From assembly GCA_044892505.1 (NCBI GenBank), contig CM097883.1, positions 373,550,001 through 373,614,000 on the forward strand: a stretch of 64,000 bases of DNA, written 5' to 3'. Below are positions 12,401-27,200 of the stretch, in pieces. A program made the position numbers and the translations under genes. Under the pieces are notes generated by a model that saw only the letters and a program-made list of their open reading frames with translations, was not told where the DNA came from and made no database searches. Position 1 is the stretch's first letter; every line of letters begins with the position of its first letter. Source of the stretch: Schmidtea nova (Eukaryota).

Positions 12401-15400
12401 ACTTACAGACCGTTCTCAGTTGAGCCCTGCGCCTCGATTCTCGAAGTGAACGAATCAATGCAGATAGATGTGCAGTTTGTACCAGAACTACCCAAAGATT
12501 TCTCAGATGAACTTATTATTCATTACGAGACGGGTATAAATAACTTTAGTTATTATTATTGTTATTATGTGACAATGAACTTCCAGGAGAAGATGTATAC
12601 ATCCGGATTCATGGATCTGGCCAGGAGATCCCAGTGAGAATAGAACGGTCGCTTGTGCACATTGAGGAGACTTATGTCGGTTTGGCTAATCTAAGGAAGA
12701 TAACCCTCCACAATCGTAGTGATGTGATGATCCATTTCTATTGGAGCAATTTCTCAAGTCAAGTGGCCGAAGATCTAGACCGAGAAACATTTTTGAAGAT
12801 TCTTCAAATAGAAGAGGATGAAGAACAAGAAAGATTTACCTCCGATGAAAATTTGGGATTATTGTCATCCGATAAATTTTCAATTGTTACGCGTAATTAT
12901 ATCAATAAAAAGAAAGTAAGGTATCGCAATTATATGGTCAACTATAATAAATCCATTTAAGATGTTTAAAGAAAAGAAATCAAGATTTGTTGACGATATT
13001 TTTACTATTGATCCGATAGAAGGCGACATTTGGCCTCACACGAGTCTGGACATAACCGTAGCTTTTAAGCCTACAGAAGCCAGAACATACCAATCGTTTG
13101 CATTCTGTGAAGTAACCGGGAGAGAAACCAGATTATCCCTAAAGATAACTGGCGTTGGCATAGGTCCAAAAGTGGAATTCTCATTTAAGACCCTTGATAT
13201 GGGATATATATTTATTCAAGCTCATCATTGCTATGAAATCGTCCTCGTCAACAAAGGCGACATTGATGCGTTATTTAAAATCGAAGGAACAGGATCTCCA
13301 GTTAGTAGATGCTTTATATTCACACCAGATGACGGCCTTATCAGTCCTGGTAGCCACCAAGTCGTTCAAATACAGTTTCAAAGCAAAGAGTTTCTTGGAG
13401 CCTTCCATCAACCTTTCAAGGTGAAAATGGACGGTTGCATGGAACCTTCCATCATAGATTTCAAGTATAAGGATAACAATAGCGATAATAATTAAATACA
13501 TGTAAAATTGCAGGGGAATCGTTATTGGTCCTACGTTTGCGTTCAATGTGCAAAAAATAAAGTTCGGAGAGGTATCTGTTGGATTTCCAAGTTCCAAAGA
13601 GATTACATTGCAAAACACATCACTAGTTCCTTTACATTTTCGGTTGAGAGTGCCAACCGATGGGACAAGTGATCCAATATTGGCTGAGGATTTAACAAAC
13701 AATGTGTCGCCAAGGGAGTATTGTTCTAGGCACCAACCGAGGGAGTTCTCCATAGAGCCTTCAGAAGGTGCATTGGCGTCCATGACGATTTGTAAGATCG
13801 CTGTCGTTATTACAGCAAACAGCATCGGCAAATACCATACCGGATTAGTGCTTGATGTGATCGGAGTAGGAAACGAGTTGTATTCTATTCCAATTACCGC
13901 CAAGTAATTTCCAATCGTAACCTTTATTTAATATTTATTATTCCACCTGTATCTAGTGCAATCGTTCCTAAAGTGGAGTTGTCATGCGACGAATTGGACT
14001 TCAGTCGGTCTTTCCTTCAATATTCCTATGAGAAGGTCATCAAAATGTTCAATTCTTCTAATTTGCCAATCAAATACGAGATCCTCCGACAGACAGAGAA
14101 AACCGAGAACGTGTCATTTTCCAGTTCCTTGAATACGGTTAATTTGTGTATTTAAGTTTATTGAGTCCGCAAAATGGTAGTGCAAATGTTCAGGTATGGA
14201 ATAATACTTCATTTAAATCAAGGGTTCCCGGTTTTGGTTGCAGGGAGGCTTCCAGAGGCTAGTATACAATACTCTTTATAACATTTTGAATGGGTTGCAT
14301 TTATACTATTTATTTACTTCATTGACTGACTATTTTCTTTTTACTCTCTCTATATTAACTTCGCTGATGTTTGTATGTTTGTATGTGCCACGCAAATTTT
14401 GCAAGGTCAAATTAACCCACTTTCCATAATCGGATTGAGCTGAAATTTGGCAAGTATATCCGTTTTCAAGAACACTGTATGCTATTCAAATTTCAGATCG
14501 ATCCGATCACGGAAAGTGGTTATTTCAAAAAAATCAACTATAAAAAAAGTGATTTTACGTAATAATAAATATTTCATAGCATTGAGAACGCATATTAAAA
14601 TTTTAGTTTTGAGTGAAATTAAGAGAATGAAATATAGAGTTTCAAAAACCACGTTTTTTCATTGTTGATTTTTATTTAAAAATAATATTCAAATTCTCTC
14701 GGAACATTTTTATATCAAATTTAATCCAAAAGAATTTTTATATCATCAATAGAATAAACTAAAAAGCGGTTTGAATTTTGATAAAATAATATTGGATACT
14801 AGTAATATTATTTAGATTATATCACTTTTATCTCTTAATTTCACCTTTGATCTTTTCGTTTCTATTTCTGAAATTTTGACTTTTTTATAGACGATGAACA
14901 AATTTTTGGCAAAGTTTTATTTTCAAGTATTAACTCGTAAAAAGGCTGTGCCAGAAATTCGTGTACCTTCTTAAAAAAATTTGTTTGATCTAGTCTTTAT
15001 GAAAAATGAAAATGAAAATTATATTAATTCATATATTTTCATTTTTAAGATAATAGATCAAAATTTTTTCCTATAGAACACAAAATTTCGGCGATGTTTT
15101 CTTCAAAGTGAAATAAACATTTGAAAAGGAAAAAAGCGTTGTTGAAAATTCCTGTTGAATAGAAATGTTTTTGATTTATTGTCTTAACAATGAAAATGTA
15201 AGAAACTGTAAAAAACAACAAAAGAATGACAATTAAAGATGTTAATGATTTTTGTTATTATTTTATCAGTAAAATATAAATTATTAAAATTGTAAAAAAC
15301 AAAAATTATTTTATATATTATTTAATATTTAATTTATAATTAATATATTTAATATATTATTTAAAATTCATAAATTATTTTAAAATTATTTTAAACTTAG

Positions 15401-18400
15401 TTTATTATTTAAAATTTATTTAATATATTATTTTTATTATTAAAATAATAAAAAGTAGTAATTTAAATCAATAAATTTCATATTAATAATTGTATGACTA
15501 TAGATCAACATTTTCTTTGGTTGTTAGGTTGGTGTTAATATGAAAATTATTGATTTAAATAAACAGAGATCAAAAGTGAAACCTGAAGATAATTATAAAA
15601 AGTAGTGTCGAACTCATGGAAACCGATGGCGTAGAAGTCCTTACAAATGCGAACTAGGATGTTTAACTATGAATTTAATAGTGTCTCCAACATGTTCTAA
15701 TTTCCTGTTTCTAAACTCCTCTGTCCTTCACTCACATAATTCGATCCCAGAACTTATGTTCACAGTTGGTAGCCAAAGGAAAACACATTGTCACAGACAC
15801 TCAATTTCGATTTAAGGAGATCATAAAACCTGATAAGATATAATATGAGAGAGGACTATCATAGATATAGTATTTAATTTAGAAGTTGATACTTGATGAA
15901 CTGACTTGTTGGTTTGTGAAGGTGAGGATAGTACCACATCTATAACAGGTAGTTAAAATCATAGATATAAGGGGAAAACTATTCACAGGTGATATGGATA
16001 TAATTGAAGTTACTGCTAGGATGACTCTTATTAACATTTCTAATGGGCTTAATATGGCTGATGTTCTTAAATACTTTATGTATGACTTCATGGTTGAAAA
16101 CCGCTGTTCTATACTGCCATGTTCAAAATGCAATGTTTAGGTGTTATTCTGAAAAGGAATCTACGCGTTTAGATGTACCTAAATTTGTAATTACGTATTG
16201 CACGTTATTCTAAAGAGGATAATGCAATCCCAATATTATACTGAACCCTACCACACGTCAATGCGGACTCAAAACGTTGTGAACTATGTATATGAAATGG
16301 ACATAAATAACTGGTTTCCTTCATATAATAGGCAATCGTTTATCCGAATTCAGAGCTGGAGATTCCTATTGAACTGAAAGTATACACTATTGGGGAGTTG
16401 ACGACAAAAGTACATTTCAAAATTTTTGGATCCTCGAAAGAGCCATTAGTTAGACTTTTTGATAATTTGAATATAACTTATAACATCTTATAGGCTCTTA
16501 CTATTAAATGCATTGGAGAAGGTCCTGTTGTGAATCTTGATTCCGTTTCATTAGATTGGGGCATAATCAAAGTCCTCGAAGATAAGTCATTTAACCTTCA
16601 ATTGACAAACGAATCTGAAATTCCTGCCATTTTTCATACAACTTTGGTATTTATAACTGGGATCTTAATGAGGTGTAATTTCACGCAATAATTTCAGCTC
16701 AAAGACCAGTCTGTCTTCCGAGTGGAGCCCGAATCTGGCATAATGGAGCGTCATGCAACACTCATTTTGAAAGTCATAGCTAATTTAAATGACTGTGTGA
16801 AATTTACAGACGAAATCCACCTTCACATAGAAAATAGTAAGACGAAAATTGTGCCGTTAATTGCCGTTGGATCTGGAACGACAATTGAATTTGACCCCCC
16901 AATTCATTCTGTCATGAATCTTGGATCTCACTTTAGCAAAAGTCAACTCAATGAAACATTTCGAGTGACAAACAAAGGGAAAAGACATCAGCAATTAGTT
17001 TGGTCTAATGAAGGATATTCCTACACTAAGGCTATGCGTCAGACAGGAACTAAAGTAAAAAATTTTTAAGTCTGTTGCAACTTCAAATTTAACGAACATT
17101 CCAATTCGAATAGAACGCAATAAAAGCTCCCACGTTGACAGTTCATCCTCACCGATTTGATTTGAGTCCAGGAGAATCGGCAAATCTAGTAATCCAAGGT
17201 TATGTTGACAAGTAAGAATCCTTTCCATAACCTATTCTTTCTTTATTCATTAATCTATAAATGAAGACCGCAAGTTGTCCAGGAGCGTATCATGTGTCAT
17301 TCCATAATTGGCAGACAAGGGGGCAAGGAGCTTATTAAAAAGGTAGACTTGGAGGTGAATTTTATTTCTCCGGTTTTGGAGTTTTCCAATAGGTCTCTAC
17401 ATTTCCGACTGGACAAAGTATGTGTTAGGTTGCTGATTTCCTCCTCAAATCATAAAATTTAGAGCTTGGATACTGCATTCGAAATTCTGACACAAACCCT
17501 CAGCTTTACCAATGTTTCTGGACTCGATCTTAATGCAAAGATAACCGTTGCGTATCCTTTTAATATCTTAGAAGTGAATGAATTCTCTGTCTGTGAGAAG
17601 GTTAATTTGATCATTTTTATCCAGTTGTCATAATATCGAGATACCTTTAGCAACTGTTTCTTCATGTCAATAAGATGGAGACAATTACCGTCCAATTCAA
17701 TCCGCTGTACAAGTCAGACTCTCATAGCAGGATTGTTGAAGACTTTTTGAAGATTTCATTCGATGAGCATCCCCATGTAGTAAGTTTTCGTAGTTTTCTC
17801 AGTTAAATATTTTAGATATTTTTCAATGTAGTGAGTATTATGATTTCGTGTAACTATATTCTTTCAGACTATTAACCAATGAATTGTTTTCTATTCAGCG
17901 CATTGGTTTATGGTCTGAATAAATTGAAAATAAACGAAACTTTTAATGATTAATAAGTGAAAAAATAAGCCTTTGCTGCGAATTTTTTATTCGGTAAAAA
18001 TTTAATTTAATCAAGATTTAATTTGCTGGGGTTACTACTAAAACCATAAAAGTAAAATTCAAACACAATAAATAAAGTTAAAATCAAAAAAAATATCAAA
18101 ATAATTAAAAGTGCCAAAAAATTAATTAAAAATTATCAAAAATTAAAAATTAATATTCATCGAGGAGGTATTGGGTATGGTTGAAAACCAAATCATATGA
18201 CGGATCCAATAAAAATGATAAAAATTGAGTGAGAGATCCCCAGAGAAGACTATATTAAAAAAAATTAATTAAAATTAATTAATCGCTCAATGGGAAGCCC
18301 GAACCAATGGAAAGTTTGAGACAATGGTAAACCCGAGCGACGAGGAAAACTCGGAGCGCAGGAAGATCCGAGAGATCAAAGGTGGGTAATTGCGCAAAAC

Positions 18401-21400
18401 AATTAAAAACAAAACCCACCCGGGCGCTAATGAGGGATAGACAATTTAATTTGTTATTGTTCCAATTAGGCTTAAATATTTCCAGATATTCTAGATAATT
18501 ATCTTCCCGATAATGCTATAAAAGGAGAGCGGGAAAATACGAGCGGCCAGTTAGCCAAAAAGATTCAAGGTAAAATATTGAGTTGAGGAACTTTAAGTGA
18601 GATAAAAAGTGATTACAATAAAATTTTATTCAATTAAACGTACCAGAAAATGCTATTCATTAAATTGGAATTAAAGACAACTTTTAATTTAGTGTGACAT
18701 TCAAATAACAATACAGTAATACCTTGTACAACGCTCTATATGCGTTCCTGGAAATTGAGCGTGATAAAAAACAGCGCTATAGGACGCAAGAAACTGAAAT
18801 TTAGGGGTTACGTTACTTCTGTGTTAAATAAATACCATTTTATTTTTATTTTTTATTATTTTCAATTCATTTTTAATCAATAAATTGAAGTTATATGCAT
18901 TTAATTCAGTTCAATATATACTTCAAAATAAAAATATTCGATACTTTTTCAATAAATAAGTTTTCATTATGTATGTATCAAAAACATATAAAATAATAAC
19001 ATGATGAAATTTAAAACAGAAAAACTAAATTAAATTCTACATATTCCGTAAGAAAAACTGGTCTAATTTAGACTGTTGCCGATTCGATTGTTTCTCTTTT
19101 AAAATTTCAGTGTACGGAGTAAGACTTTTTGAAACACCTCTCTTAATAAAACCAGAGCGTTCAGAATCAGGGTCATTGTCAGTTAGAACATTTAAAGCTT
19201 TGGCAATTATTTCTAAATTTTCTTGTAAAACATTTTTTGTCAATTTCTTTGGCGGCTCTACATTTTCATCATCTTTACTTTCGTGGTTTTGGTATGATTC
19301 GTCTCCCATTTCGATTAAATCTTCATTGGAAACGCCTGCCTCATGTAAATTGATTATCTCTTCTACGTCTTCGTTCATTAGGTCGTCGAACCCCACATCA
19401 TGTGCAATCTGCACTGTTTCCACGATAATGGAGTGTAAATTATCGGGCACAGAATTTTCATTTTCTTTAAGAAGAATTTTATTCCAAACTCCTCGCATGG
19501 AATCATTTGTAACTTCATTCCAGGAGTCTCTAATATTTTCAATCGCCATCATGATATTGAAACATTTTCAAAATTTCAAAATTGTTTCTTTTTGTACATC
19601 AACTGCATGTAAAAGTTGCTTGAATGTACGCCGAAGGTAATAATAGACTTTAAAATAATAGCTTTAAAATTCGCTATAACTTCCTGGTCCATCGGTTGAA
19701 TCAAAGAAGTCGTATTCGGAGGTAAAAAAATAACTTCCACAGGTATGGTTTTTGAAAGCGCAGCTATATTTTTTAAATGCCCAGGTGCACTGTCAATTAT
19801 AAGAAGAGGTCTGGATTCCAGTTTCTTATTCTCGCAATAATCTTTTACTGCGGGCAAAAATATTTCACAAACCATAGCTCAAAAATAGCAGCCGTAACCC
19901 AAGCCTTACGATTGGACATCCAAATGACAGGTAAATTATCCTTGGAGTAACCCTTCATTGCCCGAAGATTTTCCGACTGATGCAGCAACAGATCCTTTAA
20001 TTTTCTCAGCCTTTTGCATAATTGTTCTAACAGTTGATCCGGGTAAATTCAATTCACTGCATACATCTACTTGACGTTTCCCATTATTGATAAGAAATTA
20101 TTTATTTATTTACAACAATAAATAGGAACATTTCAACAAGAAACACTGATTAACTGTTTAATTTTTGTTTCTAAAAAAATTCAAATGAATTATGTGAATC
20201 CCCAAAATATAAACAAAAATGTATGGAAATTTGAAATAAAATACACAGAAATCAATTTTAATGTATATATGTATATGTATTCTTTTTAATGATTTTTTCT
20301 TTTTAATGATTTTTTCATATCAATTTTTTTTGTTTTGAGCTTTATAACGAAACAGCGTTGTAAGAGGGAGCGTTATACGAGGTATTACTGTATTCTGTAT
20401 TAAGTAATTTTGATTTTGATATAAATAAAAGGATACGAGGAGTCAGAATTTGAACCAATCTATTGTTTAAATAAAATAACCCAACAAATTTATTTACTAC
20501 CATTGGCGTAACTATGGGAAGCGAGGGATACGAGCCGCCCTTGGCGAAACTTGCTTGGGCTGCAAATTCGTGATGGGATCGTCTAGTGAGGTTCTTANNN
20601 NNNNNNNNNNNNNNNNNNNNNNNNNNNNNNNNNNNNNNNNNNNNNNNNNNNNNNNNNNNNNNNNNNNNNNNNNNNNNNNNNNNNNNNNNNNNNNNNNNNN
20701 NNNNNNNNNNNNNNNNNNNNNNNNNNNNNNNNNNNNNNNNNNNNNNNNNNNNNNNNNNNNNNNNNNNATACACACTTGATAAAGGCTGTGCCGCAATATC
20801 GTGTATTTAACAACTAAAAATATTTTTATCTATAGTCATACAATTATGAAAATTATTGATTTAAATAAAAATAGAGCCAAAAGATAATTAGAATATTCTA
20901 ATTTAGGCTTTTTGTAATTGATTTCAACAATTTGACATATGTAAAATAAATTTTAATAAATCCCAAATCATTATTTTTATCTTCCAATAGATTTGTTTAT
21001 CTTTTCTCCACTGGCTTCATTATTATTTGAAAATTCCGCATTTCATTTGTAAAATTTCACTTAAAATTTAAAATTCTGAATCTTCGCATTGACGATTAAA
21101 AATTATGATAAAATCCTTAATTTATTTCAATGAATTATGTTATCATAATGAGGCAAATAGTCTTATTTACATCCTTACATTCGTGGTAGGCTAAAAGGTT
21201 CCTGGACTCGCGTAGAAATAATAAAGTTAGTAGGCCTAATAAAGGTCATAGTTTCACAGCATGCGTTAGATGGGTTTGACACCATTGATCAAAGTGTTGT
21301 AGTTTGAGTTAATGTTGCTGTTGGAAAAATCGACCCTCAAGACTCTTAAAACCCAAAAATACACTCAACATCACGCATTATAGATGTGAAGGGCCTGATC

Positions 21401-24224
21401 GAAGTATCTTTGGCGTTTTCTTTTTAATTAATATCCACTCTTTAGATTCTTGCCTAGAGTAAGTTATGTAAAGGCTCAAAAGTGTATCATCCTCTTTCTT
21501 GATATTTGCCAGAAACCTTGATTCAATGCGATCCAATAGGTAAAGGTTATTTTAGAAAAAGTAAACTTTTGCCAATCCGTTATATCTGCTATTAAAAAGT
21601 ATTTAATAAATTAGTATAAATATAAATAATTATTGTGTATAGCAAGGATGAGCAACCTTTTAAACGCGGGCCACATACAAACACAAAATTTCACGTGGGT
21701 CTTGTCTAAAAAAAACATCGAAAAAAGAGCATAAATTTATTATTTTTTATTAAAAAATTGACCATTTTACAATTCTATATAAATGCTAATAAAATCGCAA
21801 AATTTTATAAAATAATTCCTAAAATAAATTCCTAAAATAAATTCCTAAAATAATTAGAGCTTTTTTGAAATTTGAGGATTTTTCGCAATTTAGTTTCAAA
21901 AAAATGTTATTGTAAGGCAAAAAAGGCCTTTGCGGGCCGCGTGTTGCTCATCCCTGGTGTATGGTATTATTAAGTATTTAAAAGTAAATATCAATTTAAT
22001 ACAAATCTTTAACACAACAAATTAAAATGTGTAGAATGTTTCTTGCTCAAGAAATTGTTGTCGCAAAAGATTCTCGTTGTTTAAATATTGTATATATGTA
22101 ATAATTTTTTAAAAATCTTTAAAAATATAAAAGGATGCAATAAATACTAAAGTCACTCAGTATAAAAGTTTTCATATCGTCTTCATTTACAATATCTAGG
22201 TTCATATTAAACTTCTTTCCTGATCATATGCGTGGTGCGCCCGATAAGTAGTGAGGTTAATATATAAATAAATGTGTGATATGTGTCAAAATTTCCATGC
22301 TTATACATTAATGTATATAAGTTAACAAATTTAAGTTTGTTTTATTTGATAACGTTGGGCTGACACAATTATGGCGTAAATTTGAAAATGTCTCTAGAAA
22401 GTATACAACATCGCAACAGCATCAGGGTTTTGTTTATGAATGACAAGAATAGAAAAGAAATACGTTCAGAGTTAAAATCTGTTTATGATGATCAGTGTCC
22501 ATCATAAGTACAAAAACTTCCAGAGTAGAAGAACCTCTGTTATTGACAATGAAAAGCCAGGAAGACCTTGTAAAATTAGAGTGGAAAATTTCGAAAAGAT
22601 GAGAACAACCTTACATAATGAAAGAAAATTACATTCAGAGAATTAGCAATACATCTGAATGTGAGCAAATGGCACCAGAAAATTATTTTCTCACTTCGTA
22701 CCGAGGATTTTAACAGCGGAAATGTAATATAACCATTTTGAAACCTGCAAAGAGAATTATAAGATTTTTAATCGTTGTAATGTTCTCAATGCATGCGTCT
22801 TATTTTCCTTTGTATCTTGTTCCCCTCCCCCCCCCCTTTTTGTTTTTTGTTATATTACAGTTTTATTAAAATTTAATTCAAAAATTTGAATTTTGCTTTC
22901 TATAGTAAATAACTATAGAAAGCAAATGGATTAATAAAAGGAATCGATATTTAAAAAAATAAAATTATAAATTGAAAGATCCGAAATAATTATAAATTGC
23001 AATTATCCGAGCTACAACCAAATAAGAATAAATTATTGAAAGAAGAAAAGTCAATACGAAAAGGAAAGAATTTGAAACAGAAAATAACGAACGAAAACGA
23101 TTTAAACAATTTAAGAAGAGAGATTAAAAATAATTTAGAAGATATAAATTATTACAAATAACTCAAAAACAAGATCCAAACAAAAATAGAGCTTTTAAAC
23201 TAAAACCTTTAAAATTTGTAATTTGTAAGAAGACTATTGTGTCACAATCCTATCTGAAATTTTAAAGGGAGTGATCAGTTCAGAACAAATTTATTATTCC
23301 AAGAATTTTGGAAATTCAAGACTTTATTGAATTACGTGAGTATCTGTTTAGTCTTTAATTAAATAAAAGTTGTTATACGTTATTGTTAGTTATTAATCTT
23401 AGCACTTACAACATACACACGCACGCAATCACACAAATACACATCACACACCCCAGCTGTCCCAAGACAGTATCCTTTACCGGTGACTCGGCTGGGCTCT
23501 ACAGATCTTCTAACAAATCTCCTGCAACAAAATTTCATTATCAACACAATTCACTAACACTAACAATCGTCTTGGTGACCGTTTCTTTGCACAACATAAT
23601 ATCCATGGATGAAACTCCATTATTAACCTATATCCAAGAGTCAACTCGAGAATACCACGAAATATAAATTTTCTTGATAGCCAAGTTTAAAAAAAATGAG
23701 ATCATCAACCAGTCACCTTTTATGCTCTCTTCTTGGATGCAACTAGCATGATCACCGATAATAGTGTAAGGATTGGCAATAATTACTACTTGAACCTCGT
23801 GCAAAGTGCAAGGAAGTTCAAAAGAAAAGCCGGGTCTCTAAGCTGTATTATTTGCATAATAAAACTCCTATTTACACCAGTGTTATTTCGACAAAAAACG
23901 TTGAGAGCTAAGAACTCGAATTGGTCAGGCATCCTCCCCGCTGCCCTAATCTGGTCCCACTTGACTTTAACATATTCAACAACCTTTTAAAGAGCTTGAA
24001 AGGCCTGAACATTGCTTCCAAAGAAATTCAGTGATGAAATTTCTTCGAAAAACTCGACATATCTTCCAAATCGCCTTCCTAAACTTTACTCACAGCTGGT
24101 AAAATGTGTCGATATAAATTGAGATTATTTTCAGAAATACTACCTGTATTACTCGGCTATTGTTTAAAAACTAAAATCTTAGTGCTTGTTCTTTGCCCTC
24201 TATGAGAGTTTCACTTCTTTTTGG

Positions 24225-24257
<33 letters not shown>

Positions 24258-27200
24258 AATGCCACTGCCTCTTAATATTATAAATGTTATTAATATTATA
24301 TAATATTACTATTAAAAATAAGTAATATAATTGTATTAATTTTAATTTTAATTTTATCGATTTTTTTCGAAAATCCTTTAACATATTTTTATTATTATCA
24401 TTTATAAATAAAATGTATATAATACCACAGCCTGTCGATCTGTCACCATCCATATCTAATTTTATATAAATTCAAAAAAAATGCGAGCGTAATTTGAAAG
24501 GCCTTTTATACAGTTAGTATTATAATATTTCTTTATTAATAGGATGAAATTAAACTGATCGGGGAAGTCAATTTTCCGAATCTGCAATTTGACAGAACAA
24601 AAATTAACTTTGACTGCATTCTGAATCACTCGGAAGTAAGCCAATTCGTGACAATGCAGAATATTTCGCCTTTAGAAGTTCGATATTCCTGGAGTCTTTT
24701 GGTTGGAGACCAGCCAAACATAATCTTTCATCGTCGAATTCCTGAACCGATCGAAAAGCTCGAAAGTAAAGAGATAATTTTAGACTCAACCGAAAAAGAT
24801 ACAACTACGGAAAAGGCCGTGCAAGATTATAACCCATCTAAACAGGACGTGTATCTAGATACATATAGAATGGATGATGATCTTCAAGATACGATTAACA
24901 TTACCATTAGTGACGAAATGAAGCTTGATCTCAAATCATTTGACAAAGAGCAAGAATCTCACAATCCAGAATCGAATAAAAAATCTTCCATGTCAATAGT
25001 TCCAAAGAATCCTGATAAATCCGAAATAAATGAAAAGTTAAAAACACTGCTGGATACTGAAAATGAAATCATACCCTTGGGTATTGAGGAAATCTTTGAC
25101 GTGAAACCTTTATATGGAACTTTGAAACCAAATTCTTTCGAGCAGATCACGTTTACCTATTTCGGCCATTCAGATGTCGAAGCCCACGTAAGTGCCATTT
25201 GTGAAGTAGAAGGTGGACCCACATATCGATTTGAATTACACGGAGAAGCTTCCACGGTAAATTATAAATTCAGCGATTTGAACTTCGATTTCGGCCAAAT
25301 ACTCTATGACCAAGTGGCATTCAGAGAAATGACCCTCAGTAATTTAGGAAAAGTCGGGTTTGAATTCACATCAAAAAAGGCATCGGTAATTTTACCAGAA
25401 AATCAGTATCCCATCGGTCAACCCATTTTAATACCTTCTTCCGGTTTTGTCGAAGCTGCTAGTGAAATTAGGATAAAAGTCGGCTATCTATGTGGATTTC
25501 CGGGAAAGTTTTCCGATGATTGTGATATTCAAGTAGCCCATTTTACAATAGAAACCATTTCCATCTCAGGTCATGGTACATTTCCCAGAGTTACCGTCGA
25601 CCTTCCGAGAGACAATGGCATTGCAAAAGAATCTTCAAATGCAAGTGATGACATCTTTTCCATGAAAGTATTTTTTGATACCGATAAATCCTTTGCTGAA
25701 TTTTATCGAAAGACTAAAAATGAATTTGTGGAAAAAGATTTTGACCTATCTGATAGGGAACTAATGACCTATTTGGAAGATCTTGCGGTGACCAATCAAC
25801 CGAAAAAACCGTTGAACAAAGGAATAAACAAGTAGAAACTTTGGTATTTGATATTCTATATTAAATTGCTGTAGGCCACTGTTACCCGCCTACCGGTTGG
25901 AGTTTGGAAATGTGATTATAGGGGGTGTTGTATCTAAGGCTGTGAAAATTAAAAATACGGGCCATTTTCCTATCAATATGAAGCTTCAAAAGAGCTCAAT
26001 GCAACAATTCGGTTTTTTTATGAACCTTCAGCAAGTAAAGAATCTTCCATGTAAAGAAGATTTGGAATTTGAAATAAATTTCGATCCAAGAGCGGCAAAT
26101 CTAAATTTAGGGATTGTTGAGAGTTTCCTCATTTTAAATGTAAATCTATTTGAAAAAGTTTCTGTTATTTTTTCTTTCAAATAGATTATTGGGGGGCCTT
26201 GTGTTCCTATTTTATTGAGTGCAAATGTTACAATGCCGGATCTGAAAACAAGTTCAGAAGTAGTGGAGTTTGAAAATGTGAAACTAGGAGAAGCAAAGTT
26301 AATCACGATCCAGTTACACAATCCAACACCAGTACCGACAGAATGGACGACATCAACCTCTGAGGTGGATGACGTCCTCAAATCTCGGGAACATAAATCT
26401 AATGAACCAAGAACAATGCGAAAGAAAAGAAATAAAGCAAAAGAAAATGCTAAACCTTTAGTTTTTGAAATGATTCCCAGTGCGGGACAGTTGAGACCGG
26501 GACAGAAAACTAACGTACAAGTAAACACAATTAAATTCATTTCTAATCTACTCACATACACACCAGATAAAATTTATGCCACTCGAGGAGAAACCATATT
26601 CACACCGACTCGTTATGATGCTTGCTCACAGCAGTAAAAGGATAGTGGTGAAATGCACAGGGACTGGACTGGAACCAAAACTGGAGTTCAAAGAGACTTA
26701 TATTCAATTCGGACCTGTTCTGCCATTCACAAGCGGATGTGAAAAGATTATCAATGTTAGAAATCCTTGCGATTTCCCAATCGAGATATACAGTCTTGAA
26801 TTTGATAAAAATTATCTGGAGGTAATTTTCCTGGGTTTTTTTTTCATATTTACTTTTTCTTAAATTTAGGATGAAGAAATATTGCGTCATATTAGCGGTT
26901 ATGACAGTTTCGGAAATTTGCTGATGCCACCAAGAACTGCGGGAGAGAAATTGCCTCAGGAGTTCATTGAATATTACGATGAATACTTGAAACGTCACAT
27001 GGATACTGATATAGGCTTTCAAAAATCAGAAAAATTTAATGAAGTCCAAGATGTAATTTTATTTATATATTTATAATTAAATAATATAAAGAATAATAAT
27101 TAATATTTCACATTTCTATAATAAGGTTTTTATCTATTATTAGATAATAATAGTGATAATTATTTCAATTAGATTATGTAAATTTTATCTTTTAACTAGC

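Noticed and set aside
13271-13903. Antisense ORFs over HYDIN exons (also 26028-26561, 27650-27958, 31699-32040) and over TE ORFs
   Set aside because: Shadow frames of real coding sequence, with no independent protein features.
25820-25880. Apparent in-frame stops in HYDIN suggesting readthrough or a variant genetic code
   Set aside because: Every stop checked is removed by a short GT-AG intron with consistent phase, for example 25832-25874.
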